Shown here: in pieces, positions 25,516 to 38,441 of the stretch | Layout: each line of letters begins with the position of its first letter | Numbering within the stretch: the first letter of the stretch is position 1 | DNA from: Cycas panzhihuaensis | Lineage: Eukaryota; Plantae; Cycadophyta | Reading direction: 5' to 3' | Assembly: GCA_023213395.1 (NCBI GenBank) | Contig: CM041465.1 | Span: forward strand, 47,003,741 to 47,067,740 | DNA: 64,000 nt | Position numbers and translations under genes: made by a program | Notes under the pieces: generated by a model | What the model was told of the DNA's origin: nothing | Database searches by the model: none | What the model saw: only the letters and a program-made list of their open reading frames with translations

Positions 25516-28500
25516 GAGTGTTTCCTTGCAGAAATCGACCTTGTAGATGTAGTCCAACACAAGTAAAGGCCACAGTAACACAAGTTTACAAATAAATTAA
25601 TCACTAAAGGGAGTATCCAAGTACTTTCTCTTTAAAGATAATAATACTCAATAGACATTACAAGTAGAGTCTGGCCCTTTAAATAAGCATGAAAGGGTCT
25701 TCTTTCTTATGATATTATTAGTGGCCCTAGTGACCTTACATCTTATTAGATAACTTAGTAGTCCATGCACAAATCTTAATAACTAACATCAATCCTTAAC
25801 CCTTGGGTGGCTCCCGCTTGTTATTGCTTAAGAAAGGTGGGGTTATGTTACAGCCCCCCCTCTATGAGACATTAATTCCTTGTAGTATTAGAGATGATGA
25901 TATTATTAGATAAACTTGTTAGATTCCCAAGTTACTTTATCTGCATCACAATTAACCCATTATACCAAGTGCTTAGAAATAGTATGATTCTAGAGGAAGC
26001 ACTAGTGGCTAACAAGGATTTTATCTAGTATAATTGCAAGAGTTTGCTCGTTAGAGAGAAATTGTAAGGTGGTATGGGATATAACTTTAGTTCCAAGGTT
26101 TTCTCTTTAGACAAGAAACATGGAAAATGTTATAGATATCGGTGTTTACAGGGAGTTCAAGGGCATAAGTAACTTCACTGATTTTATGGAGGACTTTATA
26201 AGGGCCATAATAATAGAGGCTTAGTTTATGCCCTTTATATGACTTAAGAGATAGTTATTTGTAGGGTTGGAGGTGGCAGAATACTAGATCTTTAATATCA
26301 AAAGATCGATCAGATTGGTGGCAATTGGCAAGTTATTTCATTCAATTTTAAGTAGCAGCCAGACTTTGTTGAAAGGTGTGGAGGATTAGGTCCGTCTCTT
26401 GAAGCTTTTATTATACAGAATCCATTTGAAAATTTGTGGCTACGATATGGTAGGAAGTGGGGTGGTAACTGTAGAGATCCAAAAAAAGAGACATATCAAT
26501 GATAAAATAGTGATAGGAGTTGTACCAATACTCTGCCAAGAAGAGCTAGGATGTCTGCTTAGCTTGGATAGGTTTCTAGAGTTTTGTTTAGGACCTCATA
26601 TTGGCTATCTATTTGTGGGTAGTAGGTAAAACTCATGTTAAATGAGTTTTAGATAGCTTTAAAGAGTTCTTACCAAAAAGAGCTAGTAAACTTGGGGTCT
26701 CGATCACAAACGGTGAATGAAGAAAAGCCATGAAGGTAAAATATGAATTAGACATATAGGTCAGCAAGACGAGAGGACATATACAAGGTTTAAAGAAGGA
26801 GAAAATATGAGTACTTAGTTAATTAGTCAATGATTACCTAAATGGAGACAAACCCAACAAATGGAGGTAAACCTATGATAAAGTCTATGGCAATACCCTA
26901 CTACTTGCCTTGAGAAATGTCCAATGGTTGGAAAAGTCCAGAAATGGCTTTGGTATCAACTTTATTTCACTGATACATGTCACATTCTAATATAAAAGTG
27001 AATATTGTAGTCTTCATATGGGGCTAAAAGAAATCTGTATAGATTTGATGATAAGTTTTATCAAATCTTGAGTGGTCACTAAGGGGAGAAGAGTGGTATT
27101 CTATTAGGATTCTAGGTATGAATGAGGAGGATAAGTGGATAAATATGTGATTTTGATAGAGTAGATGATTATTAAAGTTTGACACACCTTTATAGTTAAA
27201 AATATTTTTACTCCAGTTAGGGTAGTTAGGTTGGGCCTAGTTTTCAACCCATAATTCATCAAGCCAAGGGGGTTGGGGTTTACTTATGGCATAGAGGCTT
27301 GGGTTGGGAGTACTATTGTTAATGTGGAGACATGAAAGGGCATCTGTGACAGTATTGTCTTTGCCTTTTTTATACGATATTGTAAAGTCAAATAGTTATA
27401 GATAGTGAAACCACTTAGCTTGTTCTTTTAATAAGATTGGTTGATCTAAAAAATTATGGAGGCTATGATGATCTGTAAGAATAGTGAATTTAAAACCTAA
27501 GAGGTATTGCCACCACTTATTAATAGTGTAAAGAATAATTTTCATCTCCTTCTAGTATGTAGAGAGATGGAGCTCATGTTCTTTTAATTTTTGACTCTTG
27601 AATGCAATGGGATGAGAGTCTTGCATCAAGACTACACCCAATCTAAATCTTGAGGTATCACATTCATGTTGGAAATGCTAGTTGAAGTCAAGTGTGATGA
27701 GGATTAGGGTTGAGGTCATTATGACTTTAAGGTGAGAAAAAATAGCAACAACTTCTAGAGACCATTGAAAAGCATCTTTACGAAGGAGATTGGTTAAGGG
27801 GGTGTGAGAGTGCCATAGTTACATACAAACTATCAGTAGAATCCAGCGATCCTGAATGAATGCTCATAGTTGGGTAAGGGGGGTGGGTATTGGCCAAGTC
27901 GTGATAATGGATATTTTATTAGGGTCCATGCATACCCCTTTTAATAAGATGATATGCCCCAAGTATTTAAGTTTAGATTGTCCAAAATCACACTTAGATA
28001 ATTTTACATAAAGTTGGTGGTTTTATAGTATTTAAAGGATAATTTCTAGGTGTTGGATATAGTGGTCTAAGTAGACACCATAAATAAGAATGTCATTAAA
28101 GAAGGTTATGATAAATTTTTAAAGATAGGGATAAAAAGTGTTATTCATAAAGGCTTAAAAATTTATTGGGGTATTACAAAGGTCAAAGGGCATTACACGA
28201 AACTCAAAATTACCATAATATGCTCAAAATATTATCTTATGGTAGTCTTTTGGGGTAATTGGGATTTAGTAGTAACTGGACTAAAGGTATAGCTTAGAAA
28301 AGATAATTGCACTATGGATTTCATCTAGCATGTCATCTATGCGAGGGGTGGGGAACTTATTTTTTATGGTAATTTTATTTAGCTCTCTATAATCGACACA
28401 GAGGTGAAAGGAACCATCTCTCCTCTTAACTAAGATGATTGGAGTTGTATAAAGGCTTTTGTTATGTTGGATTATTCCTATGTCGAGGAGCTCAATTATG

Positions 28501-31500
28501 AGTTTCTTGATTACATTCTTTTGAAAGTATGAGTTACAGTAGGGTCTTAGGTTAATAAGGTCATGATTGGATTCAAGGTTAATTATATGATAGAAGCCAT
28601 GATCAAGTGGGGTAGTAGTAGGTAGAGGAGTAAGTACCTACTCATATTGGGTAATGATGTCCTAGATACATAGGTGAATTTATGATTTAATTTAAATGTT
28701 GTTAAGGTAGACTATATATCCTAGGTGAGAATGAAGATGGTGTTTTATATGTCTGAGAGAGACCACTTGGTTATAGGGAGACTGCACCCTATAAATTTTG
28801 TGATTTCAACCCATTTGGTGTTTGAAAGCGATGAATGGGTTGGTAGGTGAGTTATGTGTATTATAAGTTCCTAGGGTTTATAACCATTGAATCCCTAATA
28901 TAACATCTGACCCTAATACTAATAAGGCATAGAAATCTGACACCAATATATAGGAGCTAATTTAGACTTATAGGTTTTTAATAACACCAGTATAATAGAG
29001 TTGTTGGTACCCTAGTAGAGAGAAAGTAGGTGAAGCTAATTTTTGGTACTATATAGGTTGAGTTATTAGGCTATAGAGATATTAATAAAATTGAGTGATG
29101 TACCACCATCGAAAGACATTGGAGTCTTATAAAGAATGCCTTAGATATATAGGGGTTCAAGGTAAGAGGATGTAATGACATTGGACAAGGATACTTCAGG
29201 GTGAGGGTCTAAGGTAGATTCATCATCAGTATCATCTTTAGCCTCATGTTTAGAGTCAAAGTCAAAGGGTTCATCAGGGGATAGGGATGGGCCAATAGAA
29301 AAAACCATGTCGATGGACTCAACCTGCCGAAAGTCCACTTTTCTACATAGTGCATATAGAGGCTAGCCTCTCATCAGAATTATGCTTTGGCTTGGAAAAT
29401 TTGAACGTTTTTGGTAGATGAGTTATCATTTTGTTGATTAGTAGTTAGGCAGGTGGTATCATCCTATTATGGATGAAGACGTGCAAATTCATATTGAGGA
29501 TGGGCAACATCATTAAATTAGGGCCATAGTCACTGGAAGTTTAATAGTCGAGTGTGTGAGAACCAAGTATTATCCCAACAAGTCGCTAAGGGTCTATCTA
29601 CCATAAATTCAGTCTCTATTACTTGAGCCCACTTGAATGCATCCTTGAGGGAGTAGATTACCATTATCTTTAGTCTCATCTAAATACGATCTTAGAGTCC
29701 AGCCACATGTATATCAATGACTATTTATTTATCTAAGTTTTGGCTTTATGGTAAACAATTATATAAAGCTTAAAATTTATCAGTATAAGCCTCCACTATT
29801 GTAGTCTATTTAAGCTAAGTAAGTTACATGAAGAAAGATTGACTTCACGTGTCCTTGTATTGTTCAAAGAAATAACTAGTGAAGTAGGACCATGTTAAGT
29901 GGAAGGGATATTCTTGTTTCCACCAGTTGAACTAATGATAGGCACATCCATCTAGGTGGATGGAAACATATAAGAGTTGATCCTCCTCAAACATTGTATG
30001 GAGTATGAAATATTATTCTAACTTGTTAATCCAACTTTGGGTACATTCCCTATTCATATCTAGATCGAACGTAGGAATATTGATTTTATGAAAGAAAGGT
30101 TACCTTGGTGGAGAACCTCCTATAGTTACATTGCTTCCTTGAAAAATGGGAGGTTGGTCGCCTATTGTATAAGAAGTTCCTGTGTTGTGGAGTTGGGATT
30201 ACAACAACTATTGAATTTATACCATAATTTCTTTTTTATACCCTTAAGATTTAATTTGGTAGGCGTGCCCTCGAACTTACTGGTGACATCTTGCTTAAAG
30301 TTGATGAATTCAATGGTTAACCTATTAATTCTTTCTCCTTATGTTTTTATCATTAGAGTTGTAGAAAGGGTGTATATAAGCAATAAATAGTAGAAAGAAA
30401 GGAAATAGACGAAGTAGGATAGATCAAGAAAGAGTGGGATATAAGGATAAGGGAGTTGTTACAAGGGAGAGAAGGGGTAAATTGGGAGGGGGGGATGGGG
30501 TGTCTATAGCCTATTGACCCCAAAAATCACATAAACAATATATTAGGCCCACTAAGAAGAGTGTGAAAGGCTCATCTAAATGGGGTATACGAAATTTAAG
30601 GTGAATTTAGGGTGGTGGGGCCCACCAGTGACCCAGGCTCTAAAAAAACACAAAAATTGCTTGTACAAACTAACCTAATGTAAACTAACCAATATAATAT
30701 GCTAGCCAAAATAAGGTATATGACTTGTAAGGGTAATTTTTATCTATGAACTTGTATCGTGAAGAATGACTAAGTAGAGTTTTTTTTTTTTTTTAACTCT
30801 AACTACATTGACAAGTTCTAAATTCAGGTAATAAGTAAAAATTGGCCTCTCTTTTGTTTTTAATAAGTCTAATTATGCTGACAAGTTCTAAATTCAGGCA
30901 ATAAGTAGAAATTGATCTCTCTCTCTCTCTCTCTTTTTTAATATAAGGTGGCTTGTAATCTTAATTAAGAAATGGAGTAGTTGAAGTAGGGTATAAATAA
31001 TCGAAGGTGTCCTATCAACCGCCAGACAAGGAGTGCTTGGTCTTATAGGCCTGCCAATAAACTTCTGATATAGAAGTTTGGGGCAAGTAGCTTCATGGCA
31101 CTAACTGATAACTACTACACTATAAGACTTTAGCAGTTGACATTTTGCTTATGTTAGGAAGGGATTTAGGACCTAAAGGGTTCCTATATACCTGAAGGTA
31201 CGTGGAGGCACACTTCTATAGCCAGGTTCTGTTTAGGGCTTAGTTTAAGAGTATTATATTTAATCCTTCACATAAGAGATAGAAAATCCATAATGTGCTT
31301 AGCTAGAATGATGTATCCCTATGATTTTTAAAGTCCCCCAATAAAGGGTCTATACCTAACTACTTGGTTAACCACCCAATGATGTAATCTACCCAAGAAA
31401 GAGAGGTGGGAGGGAGAAAAGCGTAGCTACCTAGTGGTGTTATCTACCCTTAGACTAACAATCTAATACAAAAATTACAATAAAGGAATGAAACTAAAGA

Positions 31501-32090
31501 AAAAAATACAACGTAGAAAAATAAGATATTAGCATTTCCTAAGGGAGAAATTCCCCTTCCCTCATAACTCCTAGGGTCACGCTGGTACTACTCCTCAATC
31601 TCTATAGAGAGAGTACTAAGCAAAGGCCTTTCTTCAATCTCTACTTGGGTAGAGAGAGTACCCAATTTGATAGAGAAAAAATATCTTGATTTTTCTCCAA
31701 ATTACTGAGCAACTTCCCATGATCATGAATATGGTTGTAATACTGCTTAGAGTGTTCCCTTGTAGAAATCAACCTTACAGATATAGTCTAATAGAAGAAA
31801 AGCCTAAAATAACATAATTCACAAATAGATCACAAATAAATTGATCACCAAATGGAGTACCAAAGGACTTTCTCTTCAAAGATAATAATACTCAACAACA
31901 ATTACAAGTAGAGTTTGACCTTTTAATAAGCTTGTGGGGGTCTTCTTCCTTATGATATTATTGATGGCCCTAATGGCCTTACATCTTATTGGACAGCTTA
32001 GTGGTCCATGCACAAGTCTTAATAGCTAACATTAATCCTTAACCCTTTGGTGGCTCCCACTTGCTAGTGCTTAGGAAAGGTGCGGTTACA
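25516..32090 (-). mobile_element. Element E: degenerate chromovirus (Ty3/gypsy with chromodomain)
   Basis: LTR homology between 25516-25852 and ~31750-32090, PPT at 25853-25863 (-) and flanking ttata repeats. On the minus strand: gag, protease (FDGGTSLNFI), RT (DGSFHLCVDYRELNKITIKNKFPTPRIDDMLDE), RH, INT and chromodomain (HLV*WVNCDADKVTWES, ~25930-25975). Confidence 0.88.
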
Positions 32091-35000
32091 TTATAGATTT
32101 ATCACCCTATGAAAGCAACCTCTGTATAGTTCATTAGTGGACGCTTTTGTGAGTATCTTACTTGAGGATTTAATATTATTAATGAAATATTCTAGAGGCT
32201 TTTGAAAGTGTTTCAAACTAAGATTTATTACTAAAATAAAACTAATACCCCATTAATAAAATAAAAAATAGGCAATAGACATATACAATATGTTGAGCGA
32301 AAAAACTTGACAAGTATATATGATAGTAAATAGGTAGGTATGAGGCATATGGAATTGATGATTATGGAAATATAAAATATCTAAGAGGGCATATTGTTGA
32401 ATGGTTTGATGAGAATGTTTATGAGTTCATTATTATTATGTCAGCAAAGAGGTGAAAATTATATAATTATGAGGTCATCATTATTATGTAATATATAGAA
32501 AAAAAATAAGTCAAAGACATGATTAATATATTGATAATATTTATGAGGTATTTTTTAATATGGTGATGGTCTATGGATTACATATTTTAATGTATTAAAT
32601 TGATATAATTATAAAATAAGGGTTTTAAATTTAGTAGTTGATGTGGAGCATATAGTTTTTAATACATTTCATTTTCATAAATATATCCATCCTAAGTACA
32701 GTCTTCTCAATCTTATGGTAAAGCTTCCTAATAATTTTTGGAGAGATTTGAGGGTAGGTTTTGGTGTATTTTAGAGATCAGGAAGAAATATGAACATCTA
32801 CACAACTTCAAGATGAACCTTGGTTTATTATGCAAATGAAACACCAACCATCATTTATAACAACACCCATAGAGGTGCCCAAGATAAAGTAGATGATACG
32901 TTGCATACAAACCATACCTCACAGAGATTGAACTCCCCATCACTTATAGATCACAAAGCCATAGGTTTCTAGAGACTAAATAGAAGGAATCATAGATCGT
33001 TTTGGGACTTTGAAGTTTAGTATTAAGTGAAGATAGCATGGCCCTATCTCTATATTTCTATTCTTCTTTTATTTCCTCAACTCTATAAATCCATAACCTA
33101 GGATATCTCATATTTTGATTAGGTGCATTAAAGAATTCACTAATTAAAAGGGGAAAAGTAGTATTCAAGAGGCAACAAACTTGAAAACATGTGTGATGAA
33201 GATGCTTATACAAGTAGATCTATAAACAAAAGCATAAATCTAATTGCCTATAGTAATCTCGATTGCAGAAACGTCCATACATAGGAAATATAAAGTAGAG
33301 AAGCATCTACCACTAAAGACAATCATGCACAAAGGACATGAACATAGAGACTCACTAGAGAACATCACACAATCCAAAGAATATCTAGTTGCTTAAACAT
33401 ATAGCCTATAGAGAAAATAAAAGGATTCAGTGAAAGAATTAACCTTATGGCTACTACAAAGCTACCATGGAAGCATAAACATAAACATCACACAGAAATA
33501 GAAGCCATGATATCCATTCAAAGGAAATGATAATTCAATCAGTAAGAATTAGATGAGCATAGATAATCATAGAATTTTTTAAATATATAAAAATATTTGT
33601 AGATAAAATACAAAATTAAATTAGATTAGATAATCTTTTAAAATTTACGTAGCCCCCTAGTGCTTTAATAGGTGGTCATATAGAGGAGTTATGTGAGCAG
33701 GGGCTTATTTGCAAAGGCAATAGACTCTAAAAAGAATTAAACCAAATTGGATAGTTTTCGCAAAATCAAAATTTATTAATCAAATTAAAATAATTTTTAA
33801 AATCTACCATTATTTTGTTAAGGATCATGCATATTTTTTATGCACACTATTATATTTTCAACCATAGATTTTTACTAAAATGTTAGAATTAGGTGTTATC
33901 GGTTATGTTGGAAAAAGAACTTTAAGATGGTTAAAATGAGTGGTTATTAGGCATATTTTAAATAGTAGATGATAGAGAAATTAATAGATAAAATTGAATA
34001 AAGTATTTTTATCCTCACAACAGATGTATTTTATGATATTTAAAAAAAAAAAAAAAAAAAAGATATTCTAATATTTTCAAAGACTTCTAACATGGTGATG
34101 ATGTTAGTTCTAATTGATGAAGAAAGAAAAAGGAAGTTTCATTTAAAAGTGATTAATTTTAGGCTCATTTATAATATTTAAAGGCTTATGATAGATGAAA
34201 AAAGTCATGAAGTGGGGTATATTTAATGAAATATTGATATGAAAATTTATTAGAATGTTGGATATATAAATCCCCCTTGAAAATTAATACATTTGGTTTA
34301 GTGAATGGCTAATACTAATCAAATGATAGATCACCTAGTTATTTGGACACCTATTTTTTAGATGAATGAATATGGATACCTATTTGATTAATGTTGATAC
34401 TACCTAATCATGATAAAGGGCCCAGTTTGTTTTGATGATGGAGTGATAAGAAGTTGATTGAGAAATTATATCTATTAATGAGACAAAGAGAGAAGTCTCA
34501 TGTGTTTATTTATTTGGCATACCAATTAGTTGTTGATATTATCCAACTAATATTCAGTTGTTGAGGTTGTCTAACTGAGAAAAGTTAAGAGTGTTTGTTA
34601 GTGAGAAATTTGACTAGCTATATATAACAACAGGCAAGGAAACACATTATTAATGCTACCTTATTATATCTAACTTATCTTAACCAAGTAGTTTGGCTTA
34701 CTTCTAGAGTTAGTATATTTTAGATGAGTGATATGTTAATGATGTTGAGTGCTTAATAGTTGCAAAAATAAAGTTGTAGAAGTATGCAAGTGAGGAAGCA
34801 CACAAAAGAAAATCTTATCCGTATAAGGGAAGTAAGGTTTTACAAGATACTCTTACATGGCATACTTAATTGTGTTGTTCTAATGCATATGAAAGAGATA
34901 AGATCATGCTACTCTTATAACAAACATTTTGAAAGCTAATGAACCATACATATAAAATAATTACCTAAAGAACTAGAGATTATAGAGGCTAGTTATCCAT

Positions 35001-38000
35001 ACATTTCAGTAAATGGTTATTATTTTATATGAAACCAGTAATTAATTTATTTATTAAGTTGATGAATGGTTTACAAATGATTGACAATAACTTTATAGGT
35101 AAAGATATGAAGATGTTCAATGTCAAAAAACACCAAATAGATAGACAGGATGCCAGATTATTTATGTACAGAAAAAACTTGAACGTAACAGGCATATGGG
35201 ACAAACAGATTTAACATGGAACCCTTTTGAGAAAAACCCACCACAGAATATGTTATTATACCTTTGCAAATCTGTATTATATAATACAAAGGACTTTGAT
35301 CTATATTTACATATCATAAGTGCCTCAAATAATAACATTTAGGTTTACATTCATCAGCTCACATATATCACAATATTACATCAATATTTTACCATATTTA
35401 CATTAATCAATAAGTGGTTTATAATACCAATCTAACATCCCCTTTTAATGTAAATGTGAGGTCTTGGAGTCTTCTTAGGGATTTATCTATCTCTTTATCT
35501 TTGTCAATAGATCCCTTTTTAAGGATAGCCTTACTAAATCTCCTAATTTGCATAAATGTCAATGAAGTAATCTTCAGTAAGAGCTTTAGTGAACACTTCC
35601 ACAAGTTGATATTCACTTAGATAAAACTCAACCTACATCTTCCCTTATCTAATCTACTCTCAGATGTAATGGTATTATGCCTTGTATGTGCATGATTCTT
35701 TAGAAATATCTTTAATAGTCCCTGCAACCATATAGCTCTCTATCACATCGATACCCAATCCATAGAACTTAGCCTTTACCTTGACTAAACTAAGAGGTTA
35801 AACTACTGAAACCATGTAGATCTCTTTTTTAAGTCTTCGTTAAGGAATGTTAGCCTCTCATTCATTTGATATGACTCCCAACTATATGTAACTGCTAAAG
35901 TAATGATCAATCAGACCATAAATAACATAGAGACTAGTGCAAATATCTCTTCATAATTGATTCCTTCTTTTTACTTAAAATCCTATGCAACAAGATTTAC
36001 CAACTTACAAATTGACCAGGTTCTTAAAGGGGGTAAGGGAACTAAATTCTAGATGTATCACTCCTTCTGCAACTCTCCATTATGAATCTCCTTTCACTCC
36101 AATCATTGGTGTCTATCATGAGTTTAACTAACATGATATTCCTTATTCTTCAATCATCCTCTAAGTCTTTAATTATCATATTAAAGGCCTCAATGGTCTT
36201 CCTAGCATATAATGGAATACAAGGTTGCAATATATGCCTCTTCGTGTAATGGCTCTATATCACCACTCCCACTAGGTCCTACTTCTATGTTAAATATAAT
36301 GTTAAGTATACAAACCTCTACACCTACTGAACCACAGCTTGGAAAGAAAAAGAATGAAGGATAAAACCTATATTTAGATGGCACCTTAGCATGATATGTC
36401 AATAACTCTTCAAATTAATACCTAGACTAATTACAATGATTTCCCCCTACAGATCATACAGTTTGTAAGCTTTGTTTCAAATCCTATACAAATAAACTCT
36501 AAAATCTTGCAATCTTGTTGTTGTGATCTATGTCTAAGATGTGTGCACTGTAACGCACCTCAACTAACCAATGGAAAGTTTTTAACCAGTCTAACACAAC
36601 TCAAGGGATATGCCATAAACAACCTTAAAAAGGGTCCATTAAACTATATCATAATATCTTTTTCCAAAAACATAAGAGGTAAATCTTTTTAGTGTACCAA
36701 ACACCTCCACATCTACATCATGGTACCATTCTTCACTTTCAATACAATCTTCTAGGGTACATAGGATAACCACTCTTATTTTATACCATGATAAAGGTAA
36801 AACTAATTTTAAGGTAATCTTATCATAAATTTTTCTATTAACACTTTAATTTCAATATAAATACATAATTAAATCTATATCAGATTTGCTTAGATATGCA
36901 CAAACATCGAACCAGTATTTGACATGTTATATAACTCATGCTAACATCAATTCAACCACCTAAAGTATAATGATCCACTATAAATTGATAACCACTTATG
37001 CAAATAGGCCTAAAGCATCAATTCTAAACTACTTTCACCTCATATTTCTGATGTAAAAACACTGATAATACTTGAATAAAACACCACTTTATAATATAAA
37101 TAAACCACATTTTTATAATAATGTGTAATAATCAATAACCACAACACTATTTACTCTACCTTATAACTTAGTATCTCCATACATCACACCCTTCTTACCC
37201 TCCTATCAATCAATAAACATACACTGATATTAATAACTTGTCTAATAATCACCTTGTCCTCTTATCAATTAGTGAACACCATTGTAATTGATAACTCTTG
37301 TCCAACCAACTCTATTATGTAATCACAACAACAAGTTCTAAACATCACCTCGTATTAATAATAAACTGCCCAAAAGGATATTACCAACCAATACACTTAC
37401 TTCACCACTAGATCAATGCCTTATGCATGCCTCTTACTATAAATATCATCATAATGTACCCACTTGACCCAAGATATCTTAATGCTATTAATAGCTACCC
37501 AACATATTAACAAAACTATCATAAAAAAAATCAATATATCAATGACCACAATTAATATAAATAATAAAAAAATCAACCACCTTAATATCAATTGATCAAC
37601 AAGAAAATAATGTTAAAATAATATTATTAAGGTGATTAGATAACCTTAATGCAAAGGTGATTTCATAAAAGGTCAATTAAATTTCAAACCATTATATATC
37701 ATCACCTTCTTGCCAAATCCTAATGGTGAATTATTACACCATGTTGTAAAAATATAAATGGGTGACTAAATAAATAATGGCAAATTTTATCAACACATGG
37801 GCAATGAGATATTTATTGGGTAACCAATGTAATACATGTGATAAATATTATCAAAAACATTAGGTGACTTTAATTAAATCAATATATGGCTATTAATTCA
37901 AATAATCAAGATGTGACTTGATAAATCTAACATATGATAAAATATGACAATGGCGATGAGTATTTAATCATTTGGGTGATTGAATAACTACAATTAAAAT

Positions 38001-38441
38001 ACTATCAATTTAATAGAGGTGACTTAGCAAATTAAATATCAGTGATTGAAATTAAATTATGTATATATATTTTTATAAACTATTTACGACAGCTAAATAA
38101 TATAATCGGATGATTAAAATTATTGAAAAATACCTTTGATTTTTGTCGTATTAATATTTATGGCTATTACATTATGTATACTTTCTATACTTTTTATGGT
38201 GATCTCATATTTCAAACTCTGCAGCTAACATAATGTGTTTATCTCTTCTTTAGAGATCTGTGTGCTCATACTATAACGAACATGGTGTTTGGTTAATATA
38301 AGAATAACACACCCCTCCATTACATCTCTCCATACTACTTCGTCTATAAGTGTATATATACAGTGTGCCTTCTATATGTAGTAAGCTCACAAGGCTAGTG
38401 ACTATTCTCTATGCAAAGACATGACATAGCTTAGATATATA

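Noticed and set aside
30805-30940. ~70-bp tandem duplication with (CT)n and poly-T
   Set aside because: Ordinary local duplication in the 5' leader of chromovirus E.
36549-36560. tgtaacgc as a possible LTR start
   Set aside because: The minus-strand copia integrase reading continues across it.
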